NCBI RefSeq assembly: GCF_003931915.1
Contig: NZ_RSAA01000016.1
Location: 133,392 to 165,391, forward strand
Reading direction: 5' to 3'
Source: Saccharopolyspora rhizosphaerae
Lineage (GTDB): Bacteria; Actinomycetota; Actinomycetes; Mycobacteriales; Pseudonocardiaceae
DNA: 32,000 bases
Shown: piece by piece, positions 19,545 to 25,939 of the stretch
Layout of the letters: every line of letters starts with the position of its first letter
How positions within the stretch are numbered: position 1 is the first letter of the stretch
Translations under genes and position numbers: made by a program
The notes under the pieces: model-generated
What the model saw: only the letters and a program-made list of their open reading frames with translations
Databases searched by the model: none
Told to the model about the DNA's origin: nothing

Positions 19545-20159
19545 ATGCTGTGGGGCGTGGACGCAGATTCGGGGCGCTCATCGGCTGAAGGAGCGGAGCC
19601 GGAGCTGCAGCTCGTCCTCTGCGCGCTGGACGAGCCGCTGGCCGCGGCCTGGCAGGAGATCGCGGAGAGCAGGCCCGGCATTTCCGCCCACCAGGGATCG
19701 GTGCTCGACGTGCAGGTGGACGCCGTCGTCAGCCCGGCCAACTCCTACGGCTGGATGCGCGGCGGCATCGACGCGGTGTACGCGCGCGCCTTCCCGAAGG
19801 TCGAGGAGCAGGTGCGCAGCGCAGTGCTCGCCTACCACGGCGGTGAACTGCCGGTGGGCGAAGCGCTGCTGGTCCCCACCGGCGTGCCCAGCCCGATCTG
19901 GCTGATCAGCGCGCCGACCATGCGCGAACCGGGCGAGGCGCTGCCCGCCGACACCGTGCACCCCTACCTCGCCGCCCGTGCGGTCCTGCGCCTCTGGGCC
20001 AGCGCGGTCCTCGACAACGGCGCTCCGGTGCACCGCGTGGTGCGCTCCATCGCCATGCCCGGACTGGGCACCGGCATCGGCGGCGCCGCGCCGGAGCTGT
20101 GCGCCCGCCAGGTCGCCGCCGCCTGGGACGAGGTCTTCGCCCAGGTCGACCTGCGCTGA
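19545..20159 (+). CDS. Macro-domain protein (ADP-ribose binding/hydrolase fold)
   Basis: VDAVVSPANSYGWMRGGIDAVYARAF and IAMPGLGTGIGG resemble macro-domain phosphate-binding loops. The ORF is open from 19455. I chose ATG 19545, but the start is uncertain. Confidence 0.65.
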   Translation: MLWGVDADSGRSSAEGAEPELQLVLCALDEPLAAAWQEIAESRPGISAHQGSVLDVQVDAVVSPANSYGWMRGGIDAVYARAFPKVEEQVRSAVLAYHGGELPVGEALLVPTGVPSPIWLISAPTMREPGEALPADTVHPYLAARAVLRLWASAVLDNGAPVHRVVRSIAMPGLGTGIGGAAPELCARQVAAAWDEVFAQVDLR

Positions 20160-20232
20160 GGATCGTTGTCAGGCGCGGCGGGGATCGAGTCAGTACCGTC
20201 GAGCTCGGACGACCTACGAGGAGGTTCCCCCG

Positions 20233-20733
20233 ATGCTGATTCGCCGCCTGGCGCGTCCGATGCTCGCTTCGATCTTCATCTGGGGCGGGATCGGCGCCCT
20301 CAAGGACGTCTCGAACCACGCCAAGGCCGCCACGCCGCTGCTGGAGAAGACGAAGCCGGTCACCGACGCGCTGCCCGCGCAGGTGCCGACCGATCCCGAG
20401 ACGCTGGTGCGCATCGACGCCGGCGTGAAGATCGGTGCGGGCGCCATGCTGGCCCTGGGCAAGTTCCCGCGGCTGGCCTCACTGCTGCTCGCCGCCAGCA
20501 TGGTGCCCACCACGCTGGCCGCGCACCGCTTCTGGGAGCACGAGGACCCGCAGCAGCGCACCGAGCAGCAGATCCACTTCCTGAAGAACGTCGGCCTGAT
20601 CGGCGGGGTCCTGCTCGCGTCGGTCGACACCGGCGGCAAGCCCAGCGTCGGCTACCTGGCGCGCAAGACCGCCGACAAGGGGTCCCGCAAGGCCAGGAAG
20701 AAGGCGAAGAAGGCCAAGAAGGCCCGGAAGTGA
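20233..20733 (+). CDS. DoxX-family membrane protein with a Lys-rich C-terminal tail
   Basis: The ATG at 20233 has GAGGAGG upstream. The product contains MLIRRLARPMLASIFIWGGIGALKD and FLKNVGLIGGVLLASVDTGGKPS, and ends KGSRKARKKAKKAKKARK. Confidence 0.8.
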   Translation: MLIRRLARPMLASIFIWGGIGALKDVSNHAKAATPLLEKTKPVTDALPAQVPTDPETLVRIDAGVKIGAGAMLALGKFPRLASLLLAASMVPTTLAAHRFWEHEDPQQRTEQQIHFLKNVGLIGGVLLASVDTGGKPSVGYLARKTADKGSRKARKKAKKAKKARK

Positions 20734-20813
20734 TCGACGCTCGCGCCGGTCGCCCGGGAGCAAAAGCCGACACTGCTGCGCGCACCGCCCCGCACGCCCA
20801 TTAGCGTGGTGGT

Positions 20814-21452
20814 GTGGCGGTCAGGGTGCTGTTGGTCGATGATCACGAGGTCGTCCGGCGCGGGCTCCGGGACCTGCTCGACACCGAGTCCGACGTCGAG
20901 GTGGTCGCCGAGGCCGGCGGTGTCGGCGAGGCGCTGGCGCGCGCTCAGGCCACCGGACCGGACGTCGCGGTCGTGGACATGCGGCTGCCCGACGGCGACG
21001 GCCTCGAGCTGACCCGCAAGCTGCGGGAACTCCCCGACGCCCCGCACTGCCTGGTGCTGACCGCCTTCGACGACGAACAAGCCCTCGTCGGCGCGATCAA
21101 CGCCGGCGCCTCGGGCTACCTGCTCAAGCAGGTCCGCGGCCAGGACCTGGTCAACGCCGTCCGCGAGGTCGCCGCAGGCCGTTCGCTGCTCGACCCGGTC
21201 ACCACCGGACGCGTGCTCGAGCACCTGCGGCAGTCCAGCAGCCCCGAACCGGACGAACTGGCCGCGCTGACCGAGCGGGAGCGCAAGGTGCTCGAGCTGA
21301 TCGGCGAGGGCCTGACCAACCGCCAGATCGCCGAGCAGATGTTCCTCGCGGAGAAGACGGTCAAGAACTACGTGACCTCGGTGCTGGCGAAGCTGGGGAT
21401 GGAGCGGCGGACGCAGGCTGCAGCATGGGTCGCCCGCCGCGAGAAGCCTTGA
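20814..21452 (+). CDS. NarL/FixJ-family response regulator (REC + LuxR HTH)
   Basis: The receiver domain has VLLVDDHEVV, VAVVDMRLPDGDG, LVLTAFDD and GYLLK. The HTH region is LTERERKVLELIGEGLTNRQIAEQMFLAEKTVKNYVTSVLAKLG. No histidine kinase gene is adjacent. Confidence 0.9.
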   Translation: MAVRVLLVDDHEVVRRGLRDLLDTESDVEVVAEAGGVGEALARAQATGPDVAVVDMRLPDGDGLELTRKLRELPDAPHCLVLTAFDDEQALVGAINAGASGYLLKQVRGQDLVNAVREVAAGRSLLDPVTTGRVLEHLRQSSSPEPDELAALTERERKVLELIGEGLTNRQIAEQMFLAEKTVKNYVTSVLAKLGMERRTQAAAWVARREKP

Positions 21453-21485
21453 CCTTCTTTCAAAGCTTGCGCGTTCAGCGGTGCG

Positions 21486-21659
21486 GGTAGCAGGACCTGA
21501 GCGGCTCCGTGGACTCCGTGCGCTGCTCCTGATGGGTGGCCAAGCCGCTCAGAAGTGCCGGTTGAGTCCCTCACCTGGAGAGGCGGCTGCGCCGCTCACC
21601 GCCTCGACCCTGCGGCTGTGCCGGTTGAGTTCCACACCTGGGGCACGCGGCTCTCGCAG
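21486..21659. repeat. Intergenic repeat cluster: the GGTAGCAGGACCTGAGCGG prefix, a 10-bp inverted repeat, and tandem core copies B (21555-21595) and C (21618-21659)
   Basis: Copy B is GTGCCGGTTGAGTCCCTCACCTGGAGAGGCGGCTGCGCCGC. Copy C is GTGCCGGTTGAGTTCCACACCTGGGGCACGCGGCTCTCGCAG. The first 13 nt are identical, and CACCTGG and GCGGCT are shared with copy A at 16053-16094. CTGAGCGGCT (21497-21506) pairs with AGCCGCTCAG (21543-21552). Confidence 0.6.
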
Positions 21660-21685
21660 GTCCCCGCAACGCAGCGGCACCGCAC

Positions 21686-21715
21686 CACCTGGGTGGTGCG
21701 GTGCCGTGGAAGCTT
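21686..21715. terminator. Stem-loop terminator downstream of rsrA, in the convergent gap
   Basis: GGCACCGCACCACC (21686-21699) and GGTGGTGCGGTGCC (21702-21715) are perfectly complementary. The structure lies 21 nt after the rsrA stop. Confidence 0.6.
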
Positions 21716-21736
21716 GTCAGGTGTGTCGAGCAGGGT

Positions 21737-22060
21737 TCACTTCTTCGTCCGGACCTCGACCGACGTCCCTTCCGGACCGTGCTCGACGGTGATCTCCGCC
21801 TTGCTCAGGACTGCTTCGCGGATGGAGGAGCGCAGCCGGTCCCTGAGCTCGGTCGGCGCGTGTTCACCGCTGCACTTGCGCTGCAGCAACGCCTTCAGGT
21901 GCTCCTCGATGCCGAAGTGCTCCAGGCAGGTGCCACAACCGTCGAGGTGGCGCTGGACGGCTTCCCGGCGTTCCGGGTCGCACTCGTTGTCCAGGAACAG
22001 CCACACCTCGGCGAGCGCGTCCTGGCATGAGGCCTCATCGGGCTCGTCGCAGTTGGTCAT
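21737..22060 (-). CDS. rsrA: Zinc-binding anti-sigma factor (ZAS family; RsrA/RshA, mycothiol-system anti-sigma-R)
   Basis: The 107-aa product has the HxxxCxxC motif (HLDGCGTC), an N-terminal Cys (EASCQDAL) and EEHLKALL. Its ATG overlaps the sigma factor stop (ATGA at 22057-22060). Confidence 0.9.
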   Translation of the reverse strand: MTNCDEPDEASCQDALAEVWLFLDNECDPERREAVQRHLDGCGTCLEHFGIEEHLKALLQRKCSGEHAPTELRDRLRSSIREAVLSKAEITVEHGPEGTSVEVRTKK

Positions 22061-22719
22061 GAAGTGCTCACCTCCTGCTGGGTCTCCCGCAAGAAGCCAC
22101 GATCACGGGCGACGTCGGTGAGCATCTCACGCAGCTGCCTGCGACCGCGGTGCAGCCTCGACATGACGGTGCCGATAGGAGTGCCCATGATCTCGGCGAT
22201 CTCCTTGTAGGCGAACCCTTCGACGTCCGCGAGGTACACGACCATGCGGAACTCCTCGGCCAGCAGCTGCAGCGCGGCCTTCACGTCGGTGTCCGGCAGG
22301 CGGTCGAGCGCCTCGACCTCGGCCGAGCGCAACCCGGTCGAAGTGTGGTTCTCGGCCTGCGCGAGCTGCCAGTCGGCGATCTCATCGGTCGGCTGCTGCT
22401 GCGGCTGGCGCTGCCGCTTGCGGTAGCCGTTGATGTAGGTGTTGGTGAGGATCCGGTACAGCCACGCCTTCAGGTTCGTGCCCTGCGTGAAGGACGCGAA
22501 CGCGGAGAAGGCCTTGAGGTACGTCTCCTGGACCAGGTCCTCGGCGTCCTGCGCGTTGCGGGTCATCCGCAGCGCTGCACCGTAGAGCTGGTCCAGCAGC
22601 GGCATGGCGTCCCGCTCGAAGCGGGCGGCCCGCTGCTCTTCCGTTTCCTCCACGCGCTCGTCCTGTTCGACGTGCGCGGCTGTTTCCGCGGTGTTCGAGT
22701 CCTGTGGGGTGCTAGGCAC
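22057..22719 (-). CDS. sigH: ECF sigma factor SigH/SigR (thiol-oxidative stress)
   Basis: Region 2 is [20 protein letters not shown]...[17 protein letters not shown]. Region 4 is [37 protein letters not shown]. The GTG at 22719 has AAGGAG 5 nt upstream and gives 220 aa. The frame stays open upstream to ATG 22770, ATG 22887 and 23001 (see findings). Confidence 0.9.
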   Translation of the reverse strand: MPSTPQDSNTAETAAHVEQDERVEETEEQRAARFERDAMPLLDQLYGAALRMTRNAQDAEDLVQETYLKAFSAFASFTQGTNLKAWLYRILTNTYINGYRKRQRQPQQQPTDEIADWQLAQAENHTSTGLRSAEVEALDRLPDTDVKAALQLLAEEFRMVVYLADVEGFAYKEIAEIMGTPIGTVMSRLHRGRRQLREMLTDVARDRGFLRETQQEVSTS

Positions 22720-22902
22720 CAGGCTCCTTTCACGCCGCCCAGATGACGTGGCGGCAGACGACGAACCCATGCAGTCCTTCGCATGGTCCGACTTCGAGGG
22801 TACCCGCGCTGTCCTGCCATTACTCCCCGGCAACGGCTGCTCGGCGCGCGGCGGACGGTCCAGCACGCAGGTGTTCGTCGCATCCATCGTCACGCTGGGT
22901 GC

Positions 22903-22928
22903 AACACTCCTGCCGGGGCGGCTATTCC
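22903..22928 (-). promoter_or_regulatory. SigR/SigH-type autoregulatory promoter (GGAAT-N18-GTT)
   Basis: The minus strand reads GGAAT(22928-22924)-agccgccccggcaggagt-GTT(22905-22903). This is an exact match to the published SigR/SigH -35/-10 consensus and spacing, located upstream of sigH. Confidence 0.7.
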
Positions 22929-22939
22929 GCCGCCTTAAG

Positions 22940-23425
22940 GTGACGTGCGTGGCAGGCAAGGGAACTCCAGCGACGGCGCTGTTGAGCAAGAAGGGCGTCA
23001 CGCACCGCGTGCACGCCTACGACCACGATCCGCGAGCGGAGTCGTTCGGGCTCGAGGCCGCCGAAGCGCTGGGACAACCACCCGATCGGGTGTTCAAGAC
23101 GCTGGTAGCGGACGTCGACGGCAGCCTGACCGTGGGCGTGGTCCCGGTCACCGGCCAGCTCGACCTGAAAGCCCTGGCCGCGGCCGCGGGCGGCAAGAAG
23201 GCGAAGATGGCCGAGATCGCGGCGGCGGAGCGCGCCACCGGCTACGTCGCGGGCGGCATCTCACCGCTGGGGCAGAAGAAGCGCCTCCCGGTCGTCATCG
23301 ACCGCACCGCCCAGGACTTCGACACCATCTACTGCAGCGCAGGCCGGCGCGGTCTGGAGATCGAACTGGCCCCGCAGGACCTCGCCGACCTCCTCGGGGC
23401 GACCTTCGCCGACATCGCGAGTTGA
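22940..23425 (+). CDS. ybaK: Cys-tRNA(Pro)/Cys-tRNA(Cys) deacylase YbaK
   Basis: [57 protein letters not shown] and [23 protein letters not shown] appear colinear with E. coli YbaK as I recall it. The start is GTG at 22940 (or 22949). Confidence 0.9.
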   Translation: MTCVAGKGTPATALLSKKGVTHRVHAYDHDPRAESFGLEAAEALGQPPDRVFKTLVADVDGSLTVGVVPVTGQLDLKALAAAAGGKKAKMAEIAAAERATGYVAGGISPLGQKKRLPVVIDRTAQDFDTIYCSAGRRGLEIELAPQDLADLLGATFADIAS

Positions 23426-23432
23426 GCGGAAG

Positions 23433-23470
23433 CCCGGGAGGAGCGATCCCGTGCAGGACCGCTCCTCCCG
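23433..23470 (+). terminator. Stem-loop after ybaK
   Basis: CCGGGAGGAGCG (23433-23444) pairs with CGCTCCTCCCGG (23459-23470) around a 14-nt loop, starting 8 nt after the stop. A second hairpin, CCGGGCAGGA / TCCTGCCCGG, lies at 23509-23538. Confidence 0.5.
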
Positions 23471-23711
23471 GTGCTCGGTGCCGCTGCCGCGCAACAGCCG
23501 CACCCCGCACCGGGCAGGATCGGGGGACCTCCTGCCCGGCCTCAAGATCGCTCGGGGGGCCGACGCCGCCACATCCTGCGCGCTGCGGACGCGCGAGGGC
23601 AACACAGCGGATTTCACATGATGATCAGGTTTCACGAACACGTCTCGGACCTGCGGGTTCACCGGGCGGAAGAGGTGAGCGCGCCCGCAGAAGCCACCCG
23701 GGTGAGCGACC

Positions 23712-24323
23712 TCAGTCGATGAGCCGCAGCACCCGGCCGAGCCACTCCGAGGTGGCCCGGTGCACCGCGTCCACGTCGGCCTTGAGCGAGTGGTCCCCGG
23801 CGACCAGCACCACCTCGCGGTTGTGGGCTGGCTCGGGACGCCCGAACGCGTCGCGCTCGCCCTGCACCACCAGCACCGGGTTCTTCACGGCGTCGATCTC
23901 GGCCGCCCGCGACTTCTCCGGCTTGCCCGGCGGGTGCAGCGGGAACGCCAGGCACAGCACCGCCAGCGCGTCCCCCGCGTCGGCGGTCCGGCACGCCACG
24001 CGCGCCCCGGAGGACCGCCCGCCGAAGATCAGCGGGAGGTCGTCGAACCAGCGCTCGCCCAGGTCCTCGGCCACCGCCAACCAGGCCGTGTCCAGCTGCT
24101 TCGCGGGTGCGGGGGCCTTCCTGCCCGCCACCCGGTAGGGCTGCTCGACCAGCGCCACGTGCACCCCGGCGTCGGTGGCGGCGCGGGTGGCCGCCACGAG
24201 GTCGGGCGCGTTGAAGCCGCCACCGGCGCCGTGCCCGAGCAGCAGCGCGGCACGACCTTCCTCAGCGCAGTGCAGCTCGGCCCGGGCCGGGCCGTGCGGG
24301 GTGTCGACCTCGATGCGGGTCAT
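23712..24323 (-). CDS. Alpha/beta hydrolase (small dienelactone-hydrolase / KANL3-Tex30-like type)
   Basis: The 203-aa product has an oxyanion region (LLLGHGAGGG), a nucleophile elbow (GGRSSGARVA, GxSxG), and the later acid and His candidates VVQGERDAFG and VAGDHSLK. Its ATG overlaps the upstream SRAP stop (ATGA). Confidence 0.75.
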   Translation of the reverse strand: MTRIEVDTPHGPARAELHCAEEGRAALLLGHGAGGGFNAPDLVAATRAATDAGVHVALVEQPYRVAGRKAPAPAKQLDTAWLAVAEDLGERWFDDLPLIFGGRSSGARVACRTADAGDALAVLCLAFPLHPPGKPEKSRAAEIDAVKNPVLVVQGERDAFGRPEPAHNREVVLVAGDHSLKADVDAVHRATSEWLGRVLRLID

Positions 24324-25036
24324 GACTCGAACAACACCGCTTGTTCGGCCGGCGCGGGGACCGGGTCGGCAGGTTCGAGCAGGTCGGGACGGTTGTTGCG
24401 CATGCTGTTCACCTCGGTCGACACCGTGTGGAGCGCCAGCTCGCCGAGCACGCTCGGCTCGGGGCGCAGCAACTCGTCGATTTCGCTCCGCCTCGGGTCC
24501 AGCCAGTCCGCCCAGCGGTCCTCGGGCAGCACCAGCGGCATCCGGTGGTGGACCTCGGCGAGCTCACCCGCCGCCGCCGTGGTCACGACCGCGCAGGTCA
24601 CCAGCGGCTGACGGATGGACTTCGGATCCCACCACGCCGAGAACACCGCCGCCATCGCCAGGCTCCGGCCGTCCCGGCGCCGGCACAGGTGGGGCTGCCG
24701 CCGCGCATCACCGGGCTTCCACTCGTACCAACCGGTCGCGGGCATCAAGCAGCGACGGCGTCGCGCGGACTCCGAGAAGGCCGGCTTGGTGGTGATCGTC
24801 TCCGCCCGCGCGTTGATCATCGGCGGACCGCCGTCGGCTTCCTCCGCCCAGGTCGGCACCAACCCCCAGCGGACCGGCCGGACGCTGCGCTCAGCACCGC
24901 GCTGCACGACGATCGGCACCGTCTTGGTCGGCGTGATGTTGAAGTCCGCGCCCGTCGCACCCCCGGTGCGATCAGCAGCCGCGAACTCCTGGGCCAACGC
25001 CGCCGGGTCCTGCCGCACGGCGTACCGACCACACAT
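24320..25036 (-). CDS. SOS-response-associated peptidase (SRAP; YedK/HMCES family), paralogue 2
   Basis: It starts MCGRYA (catalytic Cys2) and contains MINARAET (Asn), TGWYEWK (Glu) and VHHRMPLVL (His). The RBS GAGGTGGGAG lies in the 21-nt gap to paralogue 1. Confidence 0.9.
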   Translation of the reverse strand: MCGRYAVRQDPAALAQEFAAADRTGGATGADFNITPTKTVPIVVQRGAERSVRPVRWGLVPTWAEEADGGPPMINARAETITTKPAFSESARRRRCLMPATGWYEWKPGDARRQPHLCRRRDGRSLAMAAVFSAWWDPKSIRQPLVTCAVVTTAAAGELAEVHHRMPLVLPEDRWADWLDPRRSEIDELLRPEPSVLGELALHTVSTEVNSMRNNRPDLLEPADPVPAPAEQAVLFES

Positions 25037-25057
25037 CCCGCTCCCACCTCGGCTCCG

Positions 25058-25813
25058 CTACTTCTCCGCGTCCAAACCTACCGCCTGCCCAGGCGCGTCG
25101 AGCGACACGCGTTCGAGCAGCTCCACCCCGTTGTTGCGGACGTTGTTGACCGCCGTGGAGACCGGCCTGACCTCCAGCGAGTCCGCGACCTCCAGGGGTG
25201 GCGGCCGCAGCAGGTCCGACACGTCGGGCTCGTCCGGATCCAGCCAGTGCGCCCACGCCCCCTGCGGCAGCACCATCGGCATCCGCTCGTGCACCTCGGT
25301 GAGCTGCCCGACCGCGGACGTCGTCAACACCGAGCAGGTCACCAGCGGCTCGGCCGAACCTTCCTCCCGCCACGTCGAGTAGATCCCGGCGAACGCCACG
25401 CTCGAACCGTCCGGCGGCGTCATGAAGAACGGCTGCTTCCTGCCGCCGTCGCGCTTCCACTCGTACCAACCGTCGGCGGGCACCAGGCAGCGGTACCGCT
25501 TGATCGAGCTGCGGAACGCGGGCTTGCTGGTGACCGTCTCCGACTTGGCGTTGATCATCCGGCTGCCGATCGACTTGTCCTTCGCCCAGAACGGCACCAG
25601 GCCCCAGCGCATGACCCGGATCGACCGCTCGGTGCTCTCCAGGTCGGCCTCACCGGCCTCGTCCTTCGGGTGTCGCTGCACCACGGTCAGCACCCGCTTG
25701 GTCGGGGCCACGTTGAAGTCCGGACCCGGCGCCGCACCACCGGTGGCGTCCAGGGCCGCGAACTCGGCGGCGAGCTTGCCGGGGTCCTTGCTGGAGGCGT
25801 ACCTACCGCACAT
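25058..25813 (-). CDS. SOS-response-associated peptidase (SRAP; YedK/HMCES family), paralogue 1
   Basis: It starts MCGRYA and contains MINAKSET, DGWYEWK and VHERMPMVL. GGGAGG lies about 11 nt upstream of the ATG. It is divergent from aroA. Confidence 0.9.
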   Translation of the reverse strand: MCGRYASSKDPGKLAAEFAALDATGGAAPGPDFNVAPTKRVLTVVQRHPKDEAGEADLESTERSIRVMRWGLVPFWAKDKSIGSRMINAKSETVTSKPAFRSSIKRYRCLVPADGWYEWKRDGGRKQPFFMTPPDGSSVAFAGIYSTWREEGSAEPLVTCSVLTTSAVGQLTEVHERMPMVLPQGAWAHWLDPDEPDVSDLLRPPPLEVADSLEVRPVSTAVNNVRNNGVELLERVSLDAPGQAVGLDAEK

Positions 25814-25939
25814 CCGGTGTCCTACCTCCCGAGGGCGAGGGGTCCGTCCACTTCATCCTGGCAGTCCTGTTCGTCCCAGGCGAGCGTCCTGAGCGCCCCG
25901 GCGCTGAAACACCCGGGTGGAATGCGGGATCATTGACCC

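Noticed and set aside
21463-21726. AAGCTTG occurs at both ends (21463-21469 and 21720-21726) of the repeat-rich gap, which suggests a target-site duplication of a MITE.
   Set aside because: A 7-mer recurring once within about 280 bp is not statistically compelling. I could not find matching terminal inverted repeats just inside the two copies, so I keep this only as a remote possibility.
23619-23722. A 34-codon ORF (MMIRFHEHVSDLRVHRAEEV...) starting in the AT-rich patch.
   Set aside because: It has no RBS, runs into the convergent hydrolase 3' end, and shows no codon-bias support or recognisable family.
25814-25939. I searched the SRAP/aroA divergent region for an actinobacterial LexA SOS box (TCGAAC-N4-GTTCGA) or a PafBC/RecA-NDp-type promoter, given the SOS-associated name of SRAP.
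   Set aside because: I saw no match to either motif by eye on either strand, so no DNA-damage regulation is claimed from sequence.
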